The translations under genes were made by a program, and so were the position numbers. This document shows, one piece after another, positions 1-8,274 of a DNA stretch of 10,175 bases. The stretch is from a virus: UHGV virus genome UHGV-0126067. The stretch is one strand, 5' to 3'. Every line of letters begins with the position of its first letter. Within the stretch, counting starts at the first letter, position 1. The notes below the pieces were generated by a model, which was not told the origin of the DNA, made no database searches, and saw only the letters and a program-made list of their open reading frames with translations.

Positions 1-27
1 GAGTTCAGACGTGTGCTCTTCCGATCT
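1..27. other. Illumina TruSeq-type adapter remnant at the contig start (not biological)
   Basis: GAGTTCAGACGTGTGCTCTTCCGATCT is the exact reverse complement of the start of the common Illumina adapter AGATCGGAAGAGCACACGTCTGAACTC. Phage sequence begins at position 28. Confidence 0.9.
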
Positions 28-1268
28 AGGCCGGTAAACTCTGGAACCAATACACTTGCGCCAGCCAGCGTGGTGAATCGCGTCCACGTCTTACCTGCTT
101 TGGCATCGAACTGGTAAGCCATGATGATGGTCGCCCCCTGCTCGGTAGTTGCCGTCATAACCTGCGGGCCCTGCCCGGTCGGGAATGCCAGCTTGCCGTA
201 CATCAGCTCTACAGAGCCCTCAGCAAAGAAGATGTTGGAAGCCGCAGCCTTCTTGTTGAGAATGGTGATCGCCGCGTTATTCGCCGGATTGGCGGTAACG
301 TTCTGGTAAGGAATAGACGGCGCATCAGCGTTGTTTGGTGGCAGAATTTTCGGGCTGATGGTAACGGTGGTGCCATTTACCGCCAGGACGCGGAATACCT
401 GCGACTGGCCTGTATCCACCTTCTTGATCATGTGGACACTATTAACGCCTGCGATAGTGAATGCATCACCAACAGCCAGCACGCCAGCAGTAGACACGGT
501 GATGTCGCCCTGACGGTTATCAGTAGGTGCGCCGTTGGAGTCCATTGCGGTAACTTTATGCGCTACTGCGCCACCAAGAGTTACGGCGGTGGCAGAACCT
601 GCCTTCATCGCGCCAGCATAATCAACACGGAAGCTGTCGAAGGATGCCACAGGTGGGATCTGAGCTTTCTCATACGCCGTCAGCGTTGCGCCAACTGCAT
701 ATGCGCGAGAGCCAAGCTCTTTAGCCAGGTCTTTGTAGTTGAACGGGTTGTAGAACGCTTTGCGCTGCCCACCCTGCGGCACACCAATAGAGAGCATCAT
801 TGCGTCAATGCCTGCAGATGCGTTCCAGAGGTCTTCGCCGAGAGTATTGCCGGTTGATGCCGAACCAATGGTGACCATGTTGGTAGCGCGGGCGGCCACC
901 TCATCGACGATCAGGTTATCAACCCACGCTGCCAGCTGACGACCCGCCGCTTTACCAGCTTGCTCCTTATGCCATGGATCGCGCATTTCTTTTGCGTCCA
1001 GCTCGTAGATAACGTTTTCTGGCTCGCGGAAACGCACAGGTACCTGACGCTGAACGAGTGAGTTTGCAGTTGCTGCGGTCAGATCTAGGCCGCTAACGGT
1101 TTTCAGATGGTAACCTTGAGGGCGATAAACTACGTCGCCTGCGCGTTGCATTTCAGTGTCGCCCGGGCGGAACTTGCTGCACTCACGGGATACTACGTTT
1201 GATGCCTCGAATCCATCAATGACGTTTTCAAATAGGATTTCAAGGTCTTTAGTTAACTGATTAGGCAT
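28..1268 (-). CDS. Major capsid (coat) protein, P22-like; 3' end truncated by the contig/adapter boundary
   Basis: ATG at 1268-1266 preceded by GGAG about 10 nt upstream. Hand translation gives MPNQLTKDLEILFENVIDGFEAS... and stays open for about 413 codons into the adapter. It lies immediately downstream of the scaffold gene, as in the P22 order 3-2-1-8-5, and has coat-like size. It is absent from the ORF track only because no stop codon lies in the window. Confidence 0.8.
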
Positions 1269-1288
1269 ACTTTTTTAGCTCCGATGGA

Positions 1289-2185
1289 TTATTTTTTAGC
1301 TTTATTCTTCGCCGCTCGGTATGCGGTGTAATCACCGGTGGCGCGCGCTTTTTCGAGAAGTTTGTCGAGATTATTAATTGCAGCGCCATTGCTCCCTTTA
1401 ACCTCAGGAGTGGTAGCGGCTGTTGTTTTTGCTTTAGGCATGATTCTGGCCTTTGATTCGATACGTTCCAGCAGACGACCAATTGCTACGGGGTTGGTAG
1501 CTTCTGCCAGTTGCTTGCGCAGTTCAGCGTTGCGACCAAGCGCCAGAACAACGATTTCCGGCTTCTCTGACTCAAACAGGATCGAGTTTTGTGTCTCGAT
1601 GGGGATTTCCTCGAGTACGGCCTGCTCAGCTTCCTGATAGCCAGGAACTTTGAGAGCCTTAACACGTTGCTGATATTTGGATAATCGCTGTTGATAGGCA
1701 GCCTGAAGCTCCTGCTCCTTCTGCTTGCGAGCCATCTCCTGTTGCTGGTACTTGCCGTTATCCTCTGCCCACTTAGCCATGCGTTGCTGGTAGATTTCTT
1801 CATCGAAACCGATGTCCTCATCGTCCAGTTTTGGCATTCGCGGTGGTTGAGTGATTACCGGCTGCTGCTCGACGGGTTTCTGAGACTGACGCATCAGCTC
1901 TTTCAGCTCGCGGTCTTTCTCTTTAATCGTCTTGCGCAGGTGTTTTACCAGTCCATGCTCTGCGCTATCTTCGCTGGTTGGCGAATCCAGCTTTTCGTCA
2001 CCAAAGTAGAATTCCTGTTCTGATTCGTCGTCATCAGTTTCAGTAGCTTCCTCTGCATCATTGCCAGAGGACTCACTGCCATCTTCTGTTTCGACTTCTT
2101 CAGCCAGTTCGACATCATCAGGAATCTGCTCTGACGCGTCGGTTTCGATTTCAACTTCTGGTGTGTTTTCTGCCATCTGTTCCAT
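1289..2185 (-). CDS. Scaffolding protein (P22 gp8-like)
   Basis: 298 aa with a strongly acidic N-terminal third (DDVELAEEVETEDGSESSGNDAEEATETDDDESEQE), a Q/K/E-rich helical middle and a basic C-terminal segment (...GDYTAYRAAKNKAKK) resembling the coat-binding helix-turn-helix of P22 scaffold. Sits between portal and coat. RBS AGGGG lies upstream of ATG 2185. Confidence 0.8.
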   Translation of the reverse strand: MEQMAENTPEVEIETDASEQIPDDVELAEEVETEDGSESSGNDAEEATETDDDESEQEFYFGDEKLDSPTSEDSAEHGLVKHLRKTIKEKDRELKELMRQSQKPVEQQPVITQPPRMPKLDDEDIGFDEEIYQQRMAKWAEDNGKYQQQEMARKQKEQELQAAYQQRLSKYQQRVKALKVPGYQEAEQAVLEEIPIETQNSILFESEKPEIVVLALGRNAELRKQLAEATNPVAIGRLLERIESKARIMPKAKTTAATTPEVKGSNGAAINNLDKLLEKARATGDYTAYRAAKNKAKK

Positions 2186-2275
2186 TTGTTACCCCTGTTT
2201 ACTCGATGTTCAGCCCATCGGAAGGCAATAGGGTGCCAGGCCTCATAAAGACAGCCATTGCACGTTATGGGTTAA

Positions 2276-4480
2276 TTACTGCTGTGGTTGTTGCTGAGTT
2301 GATTTTTGCAGGATGCTGCTGATGTCCATGCGCTGCGCATGGCCCTGTGCCTGACTTTTCAGGACAAGCTCTGCATCAGCACGGGCATTATCTCCTTGCT
2401 GTTGCTGGAACTGTCCGAGCAGTTTCAGCGCCTCACGGATATCAGATTTTTGCTGGCTATCGGCAGATGCGAGGATTTTCACAACATTTGCCGCAGCAAC
2501 CTGAGCATCCGTCTGTGCCTGGAATGCTTTAACCTGAATGGCTGCTTGTTCGTTCTGCGCTTTCTGCAATTCAGCCTGACCAGCAAGAAGCTGACCTTGC
2601 GCAGCAACCATAGCCGGATCTGGCTGACTGGCCTGTTGTTGTTTCGCCTGCTCAACCATCTGCTGTTCTTCTGGTGTTCTCGGCTTAATAACGCCAGACA
2701 GAAGCAACTGATTGCGGTTGTATTCTTTAAGGTCGTCCATCCCTTCGCCGTCCATATTGTCGAGAATCATCGACGATACAAGGTCATGCTTCGGCGTTCC
2801 TGGCGGGATAAGTGCCAGCATGGAAAGCAACGACTTAACCGTTGCATCACGGCGAGTAGCGAACGACTGACCGACATCGACAGTCACTTCATAGTTACCC
2901 TGCGAAAGGTCGTTAAGCGCGATAACCTTCCCTGTCTGACGGTCAACCACTTCACCAGTCATCAGCGCCACGTCATCGCTGCCATCCTCATTAACGATGC
3001 GCATTGGCGTATCGCTGCCATAGACTTCACGAGCCATAGAAAGCCACACGACGCCAGCACGGCGCATGGATTTAGCCATGTTGTCCATGTAGATATAGGA
3101 CTGCGTGTCCATCCGGTTAAAGATGCTATCAACGGTATCGGTAGCGACGTTGCTCGGCATGTTCTCAAGCTGCGACGCACCTGTAATTTGCTGAATAGCC
3201 GTTCCGGTGTACTGCAATAGCCCGGCAAGAGCAGGAGGCATTTGTGTCGGAGGTGTCCAGCCAGCAACCTGAGCCTCTGAAATGACCGTTCCGTTTTTGT
3301 CCTTCTTGCTGGTCATGGGAAGAACTGCAGGTCTTTTCTTATTCCTCTCTGCCCAGTGATTCATTAATGGACCGGGAATGAAATCAACATCCACGATAGG
3401 AATGCCATCACCGCCAGCCTGAGTAGCATTATCTGCAATCATGGAAACCATCAGGTTCTCAAGACGCTGTGCATCCATCGCTTTTGCTGCGTGGCCTTCG
3501 ATTCGCTCCTGATTATCAACAAATGAACGACGCCCATATACCGGGATGAGAGGAATATGTTCGCCCGGAATACGCTTCGGTTCTTCCAGCCATTCAGCGC
3601 CAGACAGAAGACCGCAATAAACTCGGCGTTTCTTCACCGTTCGCTCGCCAATCAGTTCGAATGCACCATCGGTCAGCTCGTCGACAATATCTTTGATTTG
3701 CTCTTCATCATAGATTGCCGTTTCTCCGCTGACAGGGTTACGCCATGCTGTGAGCTTCACCTTCTCTATGCGGACTTCGTAGTAGCGTCCAACATAGATG
3801 GCATCAGGCGTTGACCAGTCATATTGAGTACCAGTGTCATCACGAGAAAGACTTGCCGCGATGGAATCAGGGTATTCAGCCTCGAACGCTTTATGCGTCA
3901 TGGAGAACATTTCCATAGCCCACATAGCATCAGAGCGGTCATATTGCTTGCTGTCCTGATCGAAGAAAACGCATGTCGCTGGGTCGTAAACAGGAAGAAG
4001 GCTGATGCGTCGCTGCTCGTTACTCGGATCCATTTCATCTTCGTAATCGGCACACATGCGGAAACAACCGAATCCGCCCGTTACAGCATCATCAAATGCG
4101 TTATCACACGCTTCGCCACCGGATGTTTCCTGATAGTCAGCGCGGAATTTGCCGTTCATCTTTTCGGCTAACGCTTCCGATGCCTTATCGTCCTTAGGCC
4201 TGAATTTAACGCTGATGCGATTCTGTCGATACTCGCCAATGATGCGATCACATTCACGGGCAATCTTATTCAGTTCAAAGCGCGGGTAATGCTCAAACCT
4301 GCCTTCATCAAATGAGTAACCAGCGTTTGTGCTGCCTTCCCACTGTGCGCCGGACACCCGGACGAAACGTTGAGCCTCAATAATCTGCTCACGCATATCC
4401 TTCGTTGCTGACCAGGCATTATCAAAGTTGCACAGCACCTTGCGATGCCAGTCAGTCATCTTTCTATCATCAGCCATCAT
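2276..4480 (-). CDS. Portal protein (P22 gp1-like) with long helical C-terminal extension
   Basis: About 734 aa. Contains segments characteristic of P22-type portals as I recall them (GEHIPLIPVYG, KPRTPEEQQ, DPAMVAAQGQLLAGQAELQKAQNEQ) and a Q/A-rich C-terminus. The ORF track starts at a TTG (4492); I prefer ATG 4480, which overlaps the terminase TGA stop (ATGA). Confidence 0.93.
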   Translation of the reverse strand: MMADDRKMTDWHRKVLCNFDNAWSATKDMREQIIEAQRFVRVSGAQWEGSTNAGYSFDEGRFEHYPRFELNKIARECDRIIGEYRQNRISVKFRPKDDKASEALAEKMNGKFRADYQETSGGEACDNAFDDAVTGGFGCFRMCADYEDEMDPSNEQRRISLLPVYDPATCVFFDQDSKQYDRSDAMWAMEMFSMTHKAFEAEYPDSIAASLSRDDTGTQYDWSTPDAIYVGRYYEVRIEKVKLTAWRNPVSGETAIYDEEQIKDIVDELTDGAFELIGERTVKKRRVYCGLLSGAEWLEEPKRIPGEHIPLIPVYGRRSFVDNQERIEGHAAKAMDAQRLENLMVSMIADNATQAGGDGIPIVDVDFIPGPLMNHWAERNKKRPAVLPMTSKKDKNGTVISEAQVAGWTPPTQMPPALAGLLQYTGTAIQQITGASQLENMPSNVATDTVDSIFNRMDTQSYIYMDNMAKSMRRAGVVWLSMAREVYGSDTPMRIVNEDGSDDVALMTGEVVDRQTGKVIALNDLSQGNYEVTVDVGQSFATRRDATVKSLLSMLALIPPGTPKHDLVSSMILDNMDGEGMDDLKEYNRNQLLLSGVIKPRTPEEQQMVEQAKQQQASQPDPAMVAAQGQLLAGQAELQKAQNEQAAIQVKAFQAQTDAQVAAANVVKILASADSQQKSDIREALKLLGQFQQQQGDNARADAELVLKSQAQGHAQRMDISSILQKSTQQQPQQ

Positions 4481-5973
4481 CCAACTCCGCAAGGTATGTT
4501 GTAGCTTGAGTAATCAATCTCTTTAGGATCTTTGATGTCTCGCATCTGTATTGCAAAACGCCTCATCATGTAGCCATAGCGAACAGCAGAAAGGATGTCG
4601 TCATTTAGCTTGACGATCTTCCCGTTCTCATCGCGGTGATACAGACGAAACTCTTCAAAGAATGGCTCGCAGGTGTTAAATACCTTGAAACGACCGTCGA
4701 GCATCATGTCGCGTATCTCTGCTATCCCGGGTTCGACCGCATTACCTCCATCAGGCCATGTTGCATGATCTGGCAACATGTCGAACCCAGCTTCGGCGTA
4801 TTGTTCCTTGAGCTGAGCGCCGCCTCCCTTTTCGTGCTGATGCCCGTCATGAGGCCAAGCCGTAGGGGTGTTTTTGCTCCATGCTTTAACAGCACTCCAT
4901 GCCTCTGTCGCCTTCTTCTGTTTGGCCTTCCAGACGCGAGAAAGATAAATCACGTCCTCGTCTTTATCCCACCAAAGCTGGATATGTGCCTGTGGGTGAT
5001 CCCATCCGAAGTCCATTGCATTGATGACGTAGAAGTGATCAGGACACTCGAACGGCTGACACTTAATCGTCTCTTCCGGTATCTGGAAGATTCGACCGCT
5101 ACCCATCGTAGGAATACCGCGAGCACGCGCCTCTCTCTCGTGCTCGGGATAGGATGCGATGATTTGCTCTTTCTGCTCGTCGGTATAGTGCTCAGCATCA
5201 TAGATGGTCATGTTGACCACTTTCTGCGACTTGCTGGGATTCTTCAGGAACTTGGTAACAACGTCAGACATCCCCATCAGCGGGGTAAACGTCAGAATTG
5301 AGAATTGCCCGTATTTGTTGGTACGGGTAAGACCTTCGCCATAAATGCTGTATGGTGGCTCTTCGTCAAACCACACGCCGTGGATTGTGTCACCCTGCCA
5401 GCGAGCACGGCCTTGAGAGTATGGTTTGAAGTAGCAGATTGAAATGCCATCTTCAACGCCATCAGCCGTGTGATGCTTAACCAGAAGATGATCAACAAGG
5501 TTCGGAAAGAAAGGAGACTTCTTCCAGCTAATGATGTCCTCTTTCGGTATGGAACCGTAGCCAGGCTCGTCATTCTCTTCGATACGACCGCACAGGATGC
5601 GTTGAGTCGTTTTGGTTACAGTCTCGTTTGTCTCGCCACCAATCCAAAAGACAACAGGCTCATAGAAACGCTTACCTTTCCACTCACCGCCATATTTACC
5701 ATCAGCAGGATAGCCTTTTGTGCCCGGATAACGCCCTGTAAGGTGAAACGCGACTTCAGCAGCACCAGTAAATGACTTACCAAGCTGGTTACCAGCCATA
5801 AAACATCGCTCTGGATAGTCATGTCCGGCGTCGATGAACTCACGCTGTTTGCTGTATGGCGTAAATTCATATAGCAGGTGTGTGTTCCGGTAGTTCTCTT
5901 CTTCTTCGAGTAGCTCGAGCAATTCGATTTGCTCTTCGTCGCTCAGGTTATCAAGAATCGCGTCCAGTTCCAC
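4477..5973 (-). CDS. terL: Terminase large subunit (P22 gp2-like)
   Basis: 498 aa with a Walker A-like motif AGNQLGKS near the N-terminus. Sits between small terminase and portal. The start is GTG at 5973 (no in-frame ATG before the Walker A) with AAGGAG about 10 nt upstream. Overlaps the 3' end of terS by 23 nt. Confidence 0.93.
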   Translation of the reverse strand: MELDAILDNLSDEEQIELLELLEEEENYRNTHLLYEFTPYSKQREFIDAGHDYPERCFMAGNQLGKSFTGAAEVAFHLTGRYPGTKGYPADGKYGGEWKGKRFYEPVVFWIGGETNETVTKTTQRILCGRIEENDEPGYGSIPKEDIISWKKSPFFPNLVDHLLVKHHTADGVEDGISICYFKPYSQGRARWQGDTIHGVWFDEEPPYSIYGEGLTRTNKYGQFSILTFTPLMGMSDVVTKFLKNPSKSQKVVNMTIYDAEHYTDEQKEQIIASYPEHEREARARGIPTMGSGRIFQIPEETIKCQPFECPDHFYVINAMDFGWDHPQAHIQLWWDKDEDVIYLSRVWKAKQKKATEAWSAVKAWSKNTPTAWPHDGHQHEKGGGAQLKEQYAEAGFDMLPDHATWPDGGNAVEPGIAEIRDMMLDGRFKVFNTCEPFFEEFRLYHRDENGKIVKLNDDILSAVRYGYMMRRFAIQMRDIKDPKEIDYSSYNIPCGVG

Positions 5974-6439
5974 GGTTGAATAGCTCCTTGATACGAGAGC
6001 GCCGCTTATCGCGATCTCCCTTATCAGGTGTCACGTCTTCAACTTGCGACTGCTCTTTGAGGCCCAAATCACGGGCGATGATGTTAGCGTTGAGAAGGTC
6101 AGCGGCTGCGCCAGAGAATTTCTGATCGTAGATGATGTCTTCCGCTCGTGATGTGACGTCAGAAAAACCTTCCATTGACCGGAAGGTTCCCCATGTTTGC
6201 CTGGTGATATCAAGGAAGGTACACAATCCTGAAATAGTCATGGCTCGCATCTTAGGGACATTAGCCTTAATTATTTCTCCCTGATATGAAAATACCTTGC
6301 CCTCCCATAGCGGGTTATCATCAGCCCACTCGAAGTATTCACAACAAGCAGCCCACAGCGCCTCAGGCGATTCGAATTTAGGGTTTCGCCCATGACTACT
6401 GCGGGCCTCCCAAAATCGGTTGCCCTTTGGTGCTGCCAT
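5951..6439 (-). CDS. terS: Terminase small subunit (P22 gp3-like)
   Basis: 162 aa from ATG 6439. The N-terminus [38 protein letters not shown] and C-terminus ...[13 protein letters not shown] match my recollection of P22 gp3. ATG 6439 is preferred over ATG 6445 because the GAG of the RBS abuts the upstream ATG. Confidence 0.88.
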   Translation of the reverse strand: MAAPKGNRFWEARSSHGRNPKFESPEALWAACCEYFEWADDNPLWEGKVFSYQGEIIKANVPKMRAMTISGLCTFLDITRQTWGTFRSMEGFSDVTSRAEDIIYDQKFSGAAADLLNANIIARDLGLKEQSQVEDVTPDKGDRDKRRSRIKELFNRGTGRDS

Positions 6440-6474
6440 ATCCATCTCACTTATTTGTTATTTCAGGTTGAGCA

Positions 6475-6717
6475 TCATGCTCCGGTGGTGAACAGGTCTA
6501 ACGCTTCCTTCGATTTACGTACCGCTTCGATAGTGCGGGTCGTGATATCTGAATTAGCGCCGCCTGACTGGAAGTGAATTTTGAATAGCTCAAGCTTCAA
6601 CTCGTCAGTACCAATGAACTGAAATGCTTCCTCTGCGGCTGCGTTCTGGTTCATGACCAGTTTGTAAATCTCTAACTGGAATTTCTGTTCTTCAGTCATG
6701 GGAATAATCTCTGCCAT
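6475..6717 (-). CDS. Small hypothetical protein (80 aa), possibly the P22 orf80 position
   Basis: 80-aa ORF immediately upstream of terS on the same strand, with GGAG 6 nt upstream of ATG 6717. No recognisable motif; function unknown. Confidence 0.6.
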   Translation of the reverse strand: MAEIIPMTEEQKFQLEIYKLVMNQNAAAEEAFQFIGTDELKLELFKIHFQSGGANSDITTRTIEAVRKSKEALDLFTTGA

Positions 6718-6820
6718 TGTTGGCTCCGTTTATCCGTTAAAAGGGATATCAGTTAAGTTATCCCGTGTAGGGTATAAGCCATTATCAAAGCCACTCTGTA
6801 GGGAATGGCTTTTGTAATAA

Positions 6821-7078
6821 CTACTTCGTTTTTGCTTCCGCTCTTTTACGGCGGCGCTCTTCTTTCTTCTCGGCGTTTGCCATGTCCATGAATGCCTGCA
6901 TGATCGAGTTCCTCATCATGTAACTGACAAAGTGATGATTGACGCAGCCGTTGAGACGGAGTTGCTCGCCAAACTGATCAACCGAGGCCAGCACTTGCAT
7001 CATGTCCTTCTCGCCTTTCATGAACTCTGAGAAGTCGCGCCCTGCTCTGGAGGCGCATTCGATTACGCGATTACTCAT
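6821..7078 (-). CDS. Hypothetical 85-aa protein with basic C-terminal tail, translationally coupled to the upstream KilA-N ORF
   Basis: ATG 7078-7076 overlaps the TGA stop of the KilA-N ORF (ATGA). C-terminus is EKKEERRRKRAEAKTK. No family recognised. Confidence 0.5.
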   Translation of the reverse strand: MSNRVIECASRAGRDFSEFMKGEKDMMQVLASVDQFGEQLRLNGCVNHHFVSYMMRNSIMQAFMDMANAEKKEERRRKRAEAKTK

Positions 7079-7572
7079 CCCGGCAGCCCTGGGATCGTAA
7101 TCTGCAGCTGGTTAGCAAGGGTGTTAATCTCAGCGACCAATACAGGCTTCGTATAACGCCATGCAGCAAGTCCTTGTCCGCAGAAGCTCGCCATGTCCTT
7201 CTTCTGGTCAAACTCATGGCACTTCATGTTGAGCTGCGCACTTAAGCTGTTGCGATGCTGAAGCTCTCCGGTGAAGTAGTCATCGAGGACCTTATAGGCT
7301 GCGTACTTGAACCCGGGGTTTAGCCATGCCGCATAATCGTATGCAACAAACTTCCCGCCATAGGTTCCGCCGTGTACGCCGCGGGCAGTGAAAACCACAG
7401 ATTCGTGGTTTTTCTCCAGCTCGGCCAGGAACTCTTTGGTCTGCTTGTTTCGCAGATAATGGTAAGGCGATTCAGCATCACTTTTGCCACTGGCTTTCCA
7501 CATATCGGTGAGGCAGATCATGCCGTCTTCCCCGACACGGATTGGTTGATTGAAGAGGGTTAATGATTTCAT
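7075..7572 (-). CDS. KilA-N domain protein (165 aa)
   Basis: From ATG 7572 the N-terminus MKSLTLFNQPIRVGEDGMICLTDMWKASGK... fits the KilA-N pattern found in phage antirepressor/Bro-type proteins. AAGG lies about 11 nt upstream. The ORF-track start at 7626 is a TTG with no better support. Confidence 0.7.
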   Translation of the reverse strand: MKSLTLFNQPIRVGEDGMICLTDMWKASGKSDAESPYHYLRNKQTKEFLAELEKNHESVVFTARGVHGGTYGGKFVAYDYAAWLNPGFKYAAYKVLDDYFTGELQHRNSLSAQLNMKCHEFDQKKDMASFCGQGLAAWRYTKPVLVAEINTLANQLQITIPGLPG

Positions 7573-7719
7573 TTCGCTGATACCTTTTGGTGGTTGAGCC
7601 TGTTCTCGTAGATACGGGCAGCCCAAGAGCGGTCAGCGTTACCACTGCCCTATCTCAAGCTCTACCCCGAAAGGCTCTTGGTTGATATGCGCACGAGAAT
7701 GCGCGGGTTTACTGCGGGC

Positions 7720-7745
7720 ATAAAAAAGCCCCGCTATTGCGAGGC
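7720..7745 (-). terminator. Rho-independent terminator-like hairpin overlapping the Rz1 stop codon
   Basis: Minus strand reads GCCTCGC-AATA-GCGGGGC (7-bp stem with one G.U) followed by TTTTTTAT. Confidence 0.5.
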
Positions 7746-8057
7746 TCGTGATGATTCGATTTTCCTGATTGCCGCCTTATCCAGATTGCACTGCCCTAGC
7801 GCCGTATAGAGCTGAGCGTTCAACTCCAGACTTGCCTGCCACGTGAACGGAACCGCCATTCCGGGGATCGGCGTGTCTGCTGTCAGGTCAGCGCTTATCG
7901 GCACCACTGGGGATGGAACGTAAACTGTCTGCGTATTCCCGCAAGCTGTCAGCAGCGGCAGAAGGAACAAGCTGGTTAGCACACGGATCGCCTTCAAGCG
8001 CCTGCCTGATGTAGACAATGCGCGTCTCGCCTTTTTTGGCCAGTTCGTTCTTTGCAT
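7734..8057 (-). CDS. Rz1: Rz1-like o-spanin lipoprotein, overlapping the 3' half of Rz in another frame and extending past its stop
   Basis: Lipobox LLTAC-G preceded by a hydrophobic stretch (VLTSLFLLPLL). The mature part is proline-rich (VYVPSPVVPISADLTADTPIPGMAVP) and has no Asp at +2. Start is uncertain: ATG 8057 gives a long n-region; an internal TTG at 7997, preceded by AGGCAGG, gives a textbook signal peptide MKAIRVLTSLFLLPLLTAC. Confidence 0.65.
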   Translation of the reverse strand: MQRTNWPKKARRALSTSGRRLKAIRVLTSLFLLPLLTACGNTQTVYVPSPVVPISADLTADTPIPGMAVPFTWQASLELNAQLYTALGQCNLDKAAIRKIESSRASQ

Positions 8058-8274
8058 TCTGGGTAGCCTGTGAGATGTCGCGGATGAGGTTCATCGTGGT
8101 GATCACGTTTCTGGTGATCGCCTCCGATGTGTCTGCCCTGACCGTCGCCTTATCGCGCTGGTCTTTGTAGGTGATGGCGTTGTCGCGGTAGTGGTTTACG
8201 AATAAAACCAGCACGCCGATTAACGCCAGCACCAGCAACTGTAGCCAGTAACGCTTAACCAGCGCGCCAATCAC
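7888..8274 (-). CDS. Rz: Rz-like i-spanin (128 aa) with N-terminal transmembrane segment
   Basis: N-terminal TMD (WLQLLVLALIGVLVLFV) followed by VNHYRDNAITYKDQRDK, which closely matches my recollection of lambda Rz (VNHYRDNAITYKAQRDK). GTG start at 8274 overlaps the endolysin TGA stop (GTGA). Confidence 0.8.
   Translation of the reverse strand: MIGALVKRYWLQLLVLALIGVLVLFVNHYRDNAITYKDQRDKATVRADTSEAITRNVITTMNLIRDISQATQNAKNELAKKGETRIVYIRQALEGDPCANQLVPSAAADSLREYADSLRSIPSGADKR

Noticed and set aside
432-857. 141-aa plus-strand ORF, plus the smaller plus-strand ORFs at 121-309 and 331-513
   Set aside because: All are antisense to the coat gene, which reads open for about 413 codons on the minus strand with a proper RBS and the expected position after the scaffold gene.
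1338-2154. Several ORFs overlapping the scaffold gene on both strands (1338-1637 +, 1486-1821 -, 1691-2023 +, 1945-2154 -, 1261-1482 -)
   Set aside because: Alternative-frame or antisense reading of the scaffold gene; translations are Arg/Ser/Leu-rich, as expected of out-of-frame reading, and lack any motif.
2306-3220. 304-aa plus-strand ORF
   Set aside because: Lies entirely antisense to the portal gene, whose translation has clear portal motifs. No RBS or recognisable motif; typical shadow ORF in a GC-balanced coding region.
4481-4492. Longer TTG-initiated starts from the ORF track (portal at 4492, KilA-N at 7626, accessory ORF at 9821)
   Set aside because: Each extension starts at TTG without an SD and adds an N-terminus that is either atypical for the family (portal, KilA-N) or lies inside the inverted repeat (accessory ORF); downstream ATGs with RBS or coupling overlaps are better supported.
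4636-5301. 221-aa plus-strand ORF
   Set aside because: Antisense to the large terminase gene; low-complexity, Cys/Leu-rich translation with no motif; shadow ORF.
7573-7719. Possible tRNA or tRNA-like element between Rz1 and the KilA-N ORF, and in 9905-10120
   Set aside because: Lambdoid phages sometimes carry tRNAs near the Q/lysis region, but neither strand shows a T-loop consensus (GTTCRANYC), a D-arm or a 7-bp acceptor pairing at the right spacing. tRNAscan-SE would settle it.
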